A DNA stretch of 64,000 nucleotides, taken from positions 1 through 64,000 of IMG/VR virus record IMGVR_UViG_3300035396_001032. One strand, written 5' to 3'. The DNA comes from a virus (lineage: Duplodnaviria; Caudoviricetes). A program made the translations under genes and the position numbers. The notes under the pieces were generated by a model, which had not been told where the DNA came from, did no database searches, and saw only the letters and a program-made list of their open reading frames with translations. Of this stretch, positions 31,228-39,640 are shown in pieces (the first letter of the stretch is position 1; each line of letters begins with the position of its first letter).

Positions 31228-34113
31228 ATGACATACGCAGAATTTCTTGAAAATATCTTAAGTGAACTACTTAAAATCAACTCATTTGCAGGTAGAATAA
31301 AATTTGCTGATGGAAACTTACAAAGAATTGGTAGTGGTAGTGGTAGAATCGTTTATGATATTGATGGTCAGAAAGTTCTAAAGCTGGCTAAAAATCCTAA
31401 AGGTGTTGCACAAAATGGTGCAGAAATGGATACTGGTCGTTATCAAGATACTCAACATATTGTTACAATTGTTTATGAAAGTGCTGATGATAATGCGTGG
31501 ATAATTTCAGAAAAAGCAAAAAAAGTTACTGAAAGAAGAATAAAAGAACTTACAGGTATTCCAAGTCTTAGTGACCTATATTACTTTCTCAGTAATTATG
31601 AGTCACAAGCTAAGGGTCGTAGACCAATTCATCGTCAAGACCAAGAACTAACAGATTTTTTCTGGGAAAATGAATTTGCAACACAGATTGGCGATTTGAT
31701 TGCTAATTACAGTCAACACGCAGGTGACATGGGAAGACCAAGTACATATGGTGAAGTACTTCGTGATGGTCAACCATCAATCGTTCTAACTGATTATGGT
31801 CTAAGTGATGAAGTGTATTCATCACACTATGAAAGAAAACCCAATAAATATCAAATGTATGAAATGTATAACTTTGCCGATGGCAATGATGATATGCTTT
31901 CAGACATTGGTAATGTTGGTCAAGACCAAAGGCGTGGAATGTGGGCATTAATTCCACAAGGTGTGGGCGATGGTGATGAACCAATGAATGAAGAATTCAT
32001 TGACTATGTTCAAAACAGAAATAAATATCCTGAAAAACGTTTACCTAATCTACCATTCTTAGCTGACAAGTTCAATGAATGTGTAAATAATATCAAAGAA
32101 ACCCTTAACGTTGTTGAAAACAAAAAATTGTTTTACAATAACTTATTGGAACTTCAAGATTACCTTGTTTCCCAGAAGTTTTATGAGAAAGAACAACTAA
32201 ATCATGAGGAATATGTTATTAATGAAGCCGATGTTCCTGATGTTCAAATGTTTAGTTTATCTGACGCAAATTATGCAACGAATATGGCAAATATCGTTGC
32301 ACAGAAATTAGGATTAACTACTCCGAAATTATTAGGTAAGGGCGAAAATGGTTTTGCATTTGAAATCAATGATAATTTGGTGTTAAAACTAACTGCAGAT
32401 GTTAGTGAAGCAGATGCTGGAATAAAACTAATGAGAGGAAACCCAAAATATCTTCCCGAAATTTTTAACATATATAAAATTGTTGATACTGAAGCGAATA
32501 AAGCATATTTTGGATTACTTGAAGAAAATATTAATGAAAAACCACTCGAAAGATTTAGAAAATTTGATGAAGACCTTGCATTGATATTCCCAAATCAAGG
32601 ACTTAATATGTTTTATAAGCCAATGAGAAGAAATTTTGATTATAACACATTGGCTGAAAAGGCGAAGGAAATTCTAACAGCTAATCCAGAAGCAAATGTT
32701 TCAGAACCCGACAGAAAAGCTGCATATGATTACGTCATTGGATTGCTGAACATCAAACAAGAAATGGATAACTTTAGTATTAAGTCAAATGACTATACCG
32801 TAATAGCAAATCTTGGATATAAAAATGGTGTTCTTAAATATTTTGACGTAGGTGGTCGTATGGGTACTCCTGAACCACCAATTGACGATAATAATCTATT
32901 ATATATTCCCGAAGATGCTACTTCTAAGTTCTCAACTATTGATTCAATAGGCAGGGATGATTTTCCAGTGTATGATAATAACGATACATCACCAATGACT
33001 GATAATAATATCAGAACTAATGAAGATTTAGAATATCGTCATGCAAGTGATGCAACTCAAGATAAATATACGATTGACGAACTTGTTGAAAGGGTTTTGT
33101 CATCAATGGCGGGGAGCAGTACTGTTAATGTAAAAAAAAAGTGTAAGTTAGGTGGTCAAGGTAATACAAGTGCTGCTTGTAATCAGGGTGATATCAGTAA
33201 CTTAGATATTAAACCACTTACTGAAGCATCAATTCCATATAATAAAACTTATTGGGGATGGGTATCACCAAGCAATGAATTTATTCAAGTTCCACAACTA
33301 CAACATGCAGAATATATTCGAACTAAATACCCAAATCTTTTCATGCTTGACGATGTATTTGAACAAGCATTTAAAGATGGTTGGGTAAGAGTTATATATC
33401 AATATTATCAAGATAGATTCTCTGGTAGTTTATCAATTAATGGTTACGATAAGAAACGTGTGAAACACGTGTTGAAAACCATGTTTTTTGACAGCATTAA
33501 ATATGGTGATAATCAAATATATTTGGCATATGAAAATCCTGATGGTGGTGACATGTTCAGAACCAATAGTGCAGATAATAAAGCAAAACTGGCGAGTTAT
33601 ATATCTGAAAACGTTTTAAATGAAACTGGTGAGGGCAATGCTCAACCATATGATGTTACGATTAAAAGAAGTGATGATTATAAAAAGGAATATTCGTTTC
33701 GAACCGAAGATAATGATTATTATGAAATCATATTTAACGAACAATCATTAGGTGATAATAAATGGTATGTTGCATTTGGTACTAAAGATGCTGATACCGA
33801 CCATTATAATTTCAATGTTGTTGTGAATAAAGGCAAGCTATATAGAGTAATGGCAACCTTATTAAAGGTGATGAAAGGCTTCATTGCTAATACAAAACCA
33901 GTTAGCATTGAAATTGAACCCACAAAAAGAAATACGATGCATGTGCAAGATAGAGGAAGATTTAAACTATATTTGCAATATATTAAGAAAAATTTACCAC
34001 CTGATTATGAATTTCTCGAAACTCATGATGCAATCTTCATAGAGAAGAAGAGAGGTGTTAGTGAAACACAATTAATATTAAATAATATTAATGAGGCTAA
34101 ATTATTATTGTAA
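31228..34113 (+). CDS. Polyvalent protein with two atypical protein-kinase-like domains and further unknown domains
   Basis: Kinase 1: IGSGSGRIVY...VLKLA..E...GDMGRPS...TDYG. Kinase 2: LGKGENGFAF...VLKLT..E...SNDYTVIAN...YFDVG. These are followed by a YWGWVSP...QHAEY domain and a C-terminal alpha/beta domain. Confidence 0.7.
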   Translation: MTYAEFLENILSELLKINSFAGRIKFADGNLQRIGSGSGRIVYDIDGQKVLKLAKNPKGVAQNGAEMDTGRYQDTQHIVTIVYESADDNAWIISEKAKKVTERRIKELTGIPSLSDLYYFLSNYESQAKGRRPIHRQDQELTDFFWENEFATQIGDLIANYSQHAGDMGRPSTYGEVLRDGQPSIVLTDYGLSDEVYSSHYERKPNKYQMYEMYNFADGNDDMLSDIGNVGQDQRRGMWALIPQGVGDGDEPMNEEFIDYVQNRNKYPEKRLPNLPFLADKFNECVNNIKETLNVVENKKLFYNNLLELQDYLVSQKFYEKEQLNHEEYVINEADVPDVQMFSLSDANYATNMANIVAQKLGLTTPKLLGKGENGFAFEINDNLVLKLTADVSEADAGIKLMRGNPKYLPEIFNIYKIVDTEANKAYFGLLEENINEKPLERFRKFDEDLALIFPNQGLNMFYKPMRRNFDYNTLAEKAKEILTANPEANVSEPDRKAAYDYVIGLLNIKQEMDNFSIKSNDYTVIANLGYKNGVLKYFDVGGRMGTPEPPIDDNNLLYIPEDATSKFSTIDSIGRDDFPVYDNNDTSPMTDNNIRTNEDLEYRHASDATQDKYTIDELVERVLSSMAGSSTVNVKKKCKLGGQGNTSAACNQGDISNLDIKPLTEASIPYNKTYWGWVSPSNEFIQVPQLQHAEYIRTKYPNLFMLDDVFEQAFKDGWVRVIYQYYQDRFSGSLSINGYDKKRVKHVLKTMFFDSIKYGDNQIYLAYENPDGGDMFRTNSADNKAKLASYISENVLNETGEGNAQPYDVTIKRSDDYKKEYSFRTEDNDYYEIIFNEQSLGDNKWYVAFGTKDADTDHYNFNVVVNKGKLYRVMATLLKVMKGFIANTKPVSIEIEPTKRNTMHVQDRGRFKLYLQYIKKNLPPDYEFLETHDAIFIEKKRGVSETQLILNNINEAKLLL

Positions 34114-34164
34114 AATAATAGACCCGTTTAGAATATTTCGTGCACTTCTATACTATTTATATTT

Positions 34165-34992
34165 ATGGGAAACAAATGGAATGATTTGGAAATAAATTTA
34201 CTAAGAAGCATTTATTCTGAAACAAATGATGCTGATATAATTACTTATTTTAGTGGACGAACATTAACATCAATTAAAGTTAAGGCAAAAAGATTAAAGT
34301 TTTATCGTAATGTTGATGTTAAAGCATCTAATAGACGTAGTGCAAGTACTGGTGAAAAAAATGGCATGTATGGAAAATCGTCAAAGATAAGTGGCAAAAC
34401 ATATGATGATTATTATGGTGTTGAAAAATCAAATTCCATAAAAAAAAAGCTGTCTATAGATAAAATTGGTAAAATTGGTTTGGCTGGCGAAAAAAATGGT
34501 ATGCATGGGAAAATACCACACAATAAAGGTATTTCACCAAATGAAACAATAAAACTGAAAATTAAAAGAGGTATTATTGACTATTGGAATAATTTAAATG
34601 AAATAGATTTAAAAAAAAGAAAAGATAAATTAAGAGAAGATTGGATTATTAAAAGGGATAAATATTCGGAAATCGATACATTACCTGAAAAAATTGCAGA
34701 AAAATTATTAATTAAGTTGTGTTTAACATATCAAAAAAAAATAAACATTGGTTATTATAATTGTGACTTTGTAGTTAATGATACAATTCTTGAAGTTCAA
34801 GGAGATTATTGGCATGGCAATCCTGAGTTTTATAATTCGTTTGATAGTATACAAGAAAAAAATATTAATCGTGATAGAAGAAAATTAAATTATTTACAAT
34901 CAAAAGGATTTAAAATAATATATTTGTGGGAAAATGATTTAAAAAAGAATCTCGATTATTGTGAAAAAACATTAATAAAAGAATTAAAATGA
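34165..34992 (+). CDS. Free-standing homing endonuclease-like protein (NUMOD3-like motifs + Vsr/DUF559-like nuclease)
   Basis: GEKNGMYGK and GEKNGMHGK repeats; C-terminal CDFVV..TILEVQGDYWHGN...RDRRK...KGFKIIYLWE; overlaps the cca start by 4 nt. Confidence 0.8.
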   Translation: MGNKWNDLEINLLRSIYSETNDADIITYFSGRTLTSIKVKAKRLKFYRNVDVKASNRRSASTGEKNGMYGKSSKISGKTYDDYYGVEKSNSIKKKLSIDKIGKIGLAGEKNGMHGKIPHNKGISPNETIKLKIKRGIIDYWNNLNEIDLKKRKDKLREDWIIKRDKYSEIDTLPEKIAEKLLIKLCLTYQKKINIGYYNCDFVVNDTILEVQGDYWHGNPEFYNSFDSIQEKNINRDRRKLNYLQSKGFKIIYLWENDLKKNLDYCEKTLIKELK

Positions 34993-36815
34993 GTAATATA
35001 CAAGACTTTATATTAAATATAAGACAAAAGTTATTTATTAAATCACTAATAACTGATTTAAAATCAGACATTTATGTTGTGGGTGGAGCAACCAGAGACC
35101 TTATACTAAATAAGCCCAATAAGGATATTGACTTAATTGTTCGAAATGTGCCAATAGATATATTAATTGCACATCTACAAAAATTTGGTAGAGTAGATGC
35201 TGTTGGTAAATCATTTGGTGTACTTAAGTTTATTGATTCTGATGGACTTGACTATGATATAGCATTACCTCGTAAAGAAATGCCAAACGGTGAAGGCGGT
35301 TATCGTGGTTTTGATGTTCAAAGTGATGAAAATCTGCCAATTGAAGACGACCTAATCAGAAGGGACGCTAAACTGAACGCAATGGCAATTAGTATTAATA
35401 GTGGAAAATTTATTGACCCATTGGGTGGTTTGGATGATATCAAAAATAAATTAATATCTGCTGCCAATCCAGATGCATTTAGTGACGACCCATTGAGAAT
35501 GATTCGGATGGTGGCTTTCGCAAGTCGTTTTGGTTTTACAATTGAGCCAGAGACTATGCAAATGATAATCGATAATGCACATCGTGTAAAAGAAATTGCA
35601 CCTGAAAGAATTTTGACTGAATTTGATAAAATAATCAAAAAGGGTAATAAATTGACAGGTGTTGAGTTGCTTGCAAATACAGGTTTATTTAAGCAGATAT
35701 TTGGTAATGAAATCAAGCCTTCAATGCTTGGTCGTAGAGATTTTGACGGTGTGCGAACTATGGGTGAATTTATATTTCTTATGACATATGGAGTTGTGCA
35801 GCATCCTGCTGCATTTTTCAAGGAGAAACTAAAGGGTGATATTGATTCATTCAAAGAGATTAAAGCACTTGAACAGGCATTTGATAACGCCAGTGCAGAA
35901 AACAGTATTGTTGCAAGAACTATTGCACACAATATGTTTGTTATTTCACCACCATCGTTACAAAGCCAGATACTGCCAACTGCAATTGAAACTGCAGCAC
36001 AGGAATTACTTCAGGGTAAATACCCAAAGACTGTGAATGAACTTGCTTTAAATGGTAATGACTTAATGCAATTAGGATTAAAGGGTAAGGAGATTGGTGA
36101 TGCACAAAAAATGATGTTATTGAAAATCTATTCAGATATTGTTGAAAATAATAAAGAAGATTTACTATCTTTGTTGGGCAAAAATGATGTCAATGAATAT
36201 GGATTCTCTGAACCTAAAAATTCTTGGGAAGCTGATGGTCAGGAAGTTAATGTAGACTTCTTTATCGAAAAATATGACCAATGGAATCAAGGTGAGAGAT
36301 TCAGAGACCCTTCAAAAGAGTCTGTTTTACGATTCTTCGAAGACGAATTTGTTGAATTAGTTGGTGATGAAAAGCTAAGACAAGAATTGCTCTGGGCATT
36401 GACAGATAGGGATGTACTTAACGAAAACGTTGAAATGAATAATATTGCATATACTGGTATCGTTCTTGATGAAACATCAAAACAGAAACTTATTAAGGTT
36501 TTCAGTAAAATGATACCCGAAGGTTGGGAAGTTATTGCACATCATATGACTTTGAACTTAGGTGCAATTGATTCTAAATATGTGCAGGATTTGGATAAGG
36601 AAATCGAACTAACTGTTGTTGATTATGCGATAGATGATAAGGTTATGGCAGTTGGTGTGGATGGCTACCCAACTAACAACAAGAAAGCACACATTACCTT
36701 AGCAGTTAATAGGCAGGGTGGCGGTAAGCCAATGATGTCAAACAGTTTAACTGAATGGAGACCAATTGAGTTTCCGCTTGTATTGAAAGGAATTGTAACT
36801 CAAGTAAGAAAATAA
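34989..36815 (+). CDS. cca: Class II tRNA nucleotidyltransferase (CCA-adding/poly(A) polymerase family) fused to a C-terminal 2H phosphoesterase
   Basis: VVGGATRDL..NKDIDL, EDDLIRRD..LNAMA and DDPLRMIRMVAFASRFGF; C-terminus has two HxT motifs (HHMTL, AHITL); no HD domain. Confidence 0.88.
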   Translation: MSNIQDFILNIRQKLFIKSLITDLKSDIYVVGGATRDLILNKPNKDIDLIVRNVPIDILIAHLQKFGRVDAVGKSFGVLKFIDSDGLDYDIALPRKEMPNGEGGYRGFDVQSDENLPIEDDLIRRDAKLNAMAISINSGKFIDPLGGLDDIKNKLISAANPDAFSDDPLRMIRMVAFASRFGFTIEPETMQMIIDNAHRVKEIAPERILTEFDKIIKKGNKLTGVELLANTGLFKQIFGNEIKPSMLGRRDFDGVRTMGEFIFLMTYGVVQHPAAFFKEKLKGDIDSFKEIKALEQAFDNASAENSIVARTIAHNMFVISPPSLQSQILPTAIETAAQELLQGKYPKTVNELALNGNDLMQLGLKGKEIGDAQKMMLLKIYSDIVENNKEDLLSLLGKNDVNEYGFSEPKNSWEADGQEVNVDFFIEKYDQWNQGERFRDPSKESVLRFFEDEFVELVGDEKLRQELLWALTDRDVLNENVEMNNIAYTGIVLDETSKQKLIKVFSKMIPEGWEVIAHHMTLNLGAIDSKYVQDLDKEIELTVVDYAIDDKVMAVGVDGYPTNNKKAHITLAVNRQGGGKPMMSNSLTEWRPIEFPLVLKGIVTQVRK

Positions 36816-36816
36816 T

Positions 36817-37323
36817 ATGGCAGATTGGAAAGAATCATCTAAACTTGGTTTTGATTTTGAAGATTTTTGTTTGAAAGATATTAACGAAAAGGTTAATCCA
36901 CTTGCATATAGAAATCAGATTAAAAGTGAATATAGCTTTTATGATATAATACTTCATGATGGTAATTTTGCTGAAAATCATCAACAAAAAACTATTGAAT
37001 GTAAGTTTGATGAAAAGGCTAATGAAACTGGTAATATTTGTATTGAAACTGGTTGTAATGGTAGATTGTCTGGATTATTGATTACGAAAGCTGATTATTG
37101 GCAGATTGGCGATGGATTTCAAATGTTTTTAATTAAAACGGATATGATTAGGACATGTATCAACAATCATCCAAATGAAATTCAATATAAAAGGAAATAT
37201 CCAGTAACACAGGAAGATGGTGTTACAAAAGATATGACATTTTATTTAATACCTAAACGATTATTTATTGAATATTGTTTAGAGGTTGCTGGAATTAATG
37301 ATATGACATATAAAGATTTATGA
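36817..37323 (+). CDS. PD-(D/E)xK restriction-endonuclease-fold protein
   Basis: G..FE.F...YDII...TIECKFD..ANETGNICIE motif arrangement. Confidence 0.6.
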   Translation: MADWKESSKLGFDFEDFCLKDINEKVNPLAYRNQIKSEYSFYDIILHDGNFAENHQQKTIECKFDEKANETGNICIETGCNGRLSGLLITKADYWQIGDGFQMFLIKTDMIRTCINNHPNEIQYKRKYPVTQEDGVTKDMTFYLIPKRLFIEYCLEVAGINDMTYKDL

Positions 37324-37886
37324 TTAAAAGATTAGTAGCATTTGACTTTGACGGAACACTGATGAATTCTCCTGAACAAGAGAATGGCATACAGTTATGG
37401 CAAGATAAAATGGGTTACCCATATCCACATAAAGGCTGGTGGGGCAGACCTGAAAGCCTTGACTTAGATGTTTTTGACATCAGACCGTTTCCAAGCGTGC
37501 TGAAACAATTAGAAAAAGAGGTTTCAACACCAGATACTTATGTGATAATATTAACATCACGTATGGAAAAGTTACGCCCACAACTCGAAGCAGTCTTAAA
37601 TAAAAACAATATTCGTGTTGATAAGGTTGACATGAAGCGTAGTGAAAGAACGAAGGGTGAGAAAATTTTAAGGTATTTAGAAGAGTTTCCAAGCATTGAA
37701 GAGATTAATGTATATGATGACCGTGATACAGATATTCAGTCATATGAGGGTATTCGTAACATGATTCCTAAAAACATAGTATTTAATATATACTTGGCTG
37801 CAAGTGGTAGTCTATCATTGCTTGAAGCCAAAAATAAAATAGTTACCATTGTAAATGAGGTGATTTCGAGTTTTATAAAAAAATAG
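37320..37886 (+). CDS. HAD-superfamily phosphatase (Swiss-Army-knife RNA-repair-like)
   Basis: Motif I AFDFDGTL, II ILTSR, III K (TKGEK), IV YDDR; the SP...GWW...ESL insert resembles HAD_SAK-type RNA-repair phosphatases. Confidence 0.8.
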   Translation: MIKRLVAFDFDGTLMNSPEQENGIQLWQDKMGYPYPHKGWWGRPESLDLDVFDIRPFPSVLKQLEKEVSTPDTYVIILTSRMEKLRPQLEAVLNKNNIRVDKVDMKRSERTKGEKILRYLEEFPSIEEINVYDDRDTDIQSYEGIRNMIPKNIVFNIYLAASGSLSLLEAKNKIVTIVNEVISSFIKK

Positions 37887-37890
37887 TAAT

Positions 37891-38259
37891 ATGAAAAAAG
37901 TATTAATTCCCGAAGATAATGACATGAATTTCTATCTGTTTACTGAAATGTTGAACGAATTTGATATTGAATTAATTCAGGTAAAAAATGGCTTACAGGC
38001 GGTGGAATATTGTGATAAGTATTCAGATGTTTGTTTAATACTAATGGATATTAATATGCCAGTAATGGGTGGAGAAGAGGCTGCGGTTATTATCAAACAA
38101 AGACATCCAGAAATTCCAATAATATCACAAACAGCATATAGTGTTTATGGTGCAGTTTCTGAGAAAAATAAAAGTTGTTTTGCACAATTCATTGAGAAAC
38201 CAATTAATATTGAGGGATTAAAAGCTATTATTAGGAAATATTGTTTCGATGAAAAATAA
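37891..38259 (+). CDS. Stand-alone response-regulator receiver (CheY-like)
   Basis: VLIPEDN, NGLQAVE, LILMDINMPVMGG (phospho-Asp), ISQTAY, IEKP. Confidence 0.92.
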   Translation: MKKVLIPEDNDMNFYLFTEMLNEFDIELIQVKNGLQAVEYCDKYSDVCLILMDINMPVMGGEEAAVIIKQRHPEIPIISQTAYSVYGAVSEKNKSCFAQFIEKPINIEGLKAIIRKYCFDEK

Positions 38260-38266
38260 AACATCT

Positions 38267-38274
38267 GTATTTAT
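38267..38274 (+). promoter_or_regulatory. Putative phage late promoter motif GTATTTAT
   Basis: Intergenic; 23 nt before the ATG at 38290. Confidence 0.65.
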
Positions 38275-38289
38275 ATTAAAAATATTACG

Positions 38290-39120
38290 ATGATTGACAT
38301 GAGATATAAACCACGTTTTTTACCACAAGTAAGTGCACCATTTGATATTGTGCTACAAAAACTTGATGATGATGGTGTGGGTTATGAAACAACAGAAGTT
38401 GACCCTAATGAATTACAACCATCACAAGGAATTACATTTAGTGATGAAGTTGGTCATGTAAATGTCGATGACATGAATCCAATTTGGATTAGCAATGACA
38501 TGAAAGTTCTTGATGGTCATCATAGAATGGTTCGTGCATTACTTGATAACATTAAAATAAAGGCAGTTAAAATTGACTTGAATGACAAGGATGCCAGTAG
38601 AGTTTTAAATAAGATTCAGGACATTTACGAATACGAGCAGTCAAGTAATATGGAAGAGGTTGTTGGACAAGATGTAATAAATTCCGACAATCAAATCAAT
38701 AGTGGAGTTAGTGACAGCGAATTTCTATCTTCATTAGAAGAAGATAATCTTGCAGTCCAGACTGAAACTCCGAGTGCCAATCAGCAATCAATTATTGCAT
38801 ATCGAAAAGAACCGATAAAAGAAAACTCAATCGTTGGAAACTTTTTTACTCTAAAGCCAGTAAAAGGATTCGATAAATATCAGATTGATTTTGAAAATCT
38901 ATTAGATACTGCTTCACTTGGCGTTACATATAAAGATGGTCAACAGCCTGTGGATATTTTGGCAAAAAGCTGGTTTCCACACGTAAACTTTGAAAAACTA
39001 AGTGAACAATATAATTCACCCTCAATTAATTTAAAAAATAAAGCTATTGCAGAAAAAGCAAGAAAAATGGGTTATGATGGAATCAAATACGGTGACACAC
39101 TAATCCAAGGATTAAAATAA
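38290..39120 (+). CDS. ParB/Srx-like domain protein with second C-terminal domain
   Basis: VDPNELQPSQ...PIWISNDMKVLDGHHR; C-terminal GNFFTL...KMGYDGIKY. Confidence 0.7.
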   Translation: MIDMRYKPRFLPQVSAPFDIVLQKLDDDGVGYETTEVDPNELQPSQGITFSDEVGHVNVDDMNPIWISNDMKVLDGHHRMVRALLDNIKIKAVKIDLNDKDASRVLNKIQDIYEYEQSSNMEEVVGQDVINSDNQINSGVSDSEFLSSLEEDNLAVQTETPSANQQSIIAYRKEPIKENSIVGNFFTLKPVKGFDKYQIDFENLLDTASLGVTYKDGQQPVDILAKSWFPHVNFEKLSEQYNSPSINLKNKAIAEKARKMGYDGIKYGDTLIQGLK

Positions 39121-39128
39121 CTAAAACT

Positions 39129-39500
39129 ATGTGCACATACAAAATTACTAACATAACAAACAGTCTTGGAAAACGTGAACACAATTTCAACGCAGTACTT
39201 AATGTTGAATATGTAGATAATATTACGAAGAAAATAATTGCTGTGAAACCGGGGGAAACCGTCTTTCTAACAGTGCCTTCACTTCCACTATCAGTACATA
39301 GATTAAGAATAAAAAACCTAATCACAGTATCTGAAATTGGAACAGTTGAACTCACTAAGTTAGTAGAAGAAGCTAAACCTAAAACAGTGAAAAAATCTGT
39401 CGTGGTAGATGATGACGAAGAAAAAATTGTTGCAGCAAAGACAGCATTCAATAAAAAAAAACTAAGTAAAAAAGAAGAGGAAACTGAGACAGAAGCCTAA
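39129..39500 (+). CDS. Hypothetical protein
   Basis: 123 aa with a charged C-terminal tail; followed by a terminator. Confidence 0.6.
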   Translation: MCTYKITNITNSLGKREHNFNAVLNVEYVDNITKKIIAVKPGETVFLTVPSLPLSVHRLRIKNLITVSEIGTVELTKLVEEAKPKTVKKSVVVDDDEEKIVAAKTAFNKKKLSKKEEETETEA

Positions 39501-39523
39501 TAATATTCGATTATCAAATAAGT

Positions 39524-39550
39524 AAAAGCCAACTAAATGTTGGCTTTTTT
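39524..39550 (+). terminator. Rho-independent terminator
   Basis: AAAAGCCAAC-TAAAT-GTTGGCTTTT plus TT. Confidence 0.8.
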
Positions 39551-39640
39551 CATTATTATTTCAAGATTATTCAAGATTTATCGATTTTTCACGTATTTAA
39601 TAATAAATTACATTATTTTATAATTATTTATAAAGACAAT

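Noticed and set aside
35318-35932. 204-aa antisense ORF within cca, and similar antisense ORFs such as 17107-17565 and 6860-7219
   Set aside because: These are shadows of sense-strand codon bias with no recognisable motifs or expression signals.
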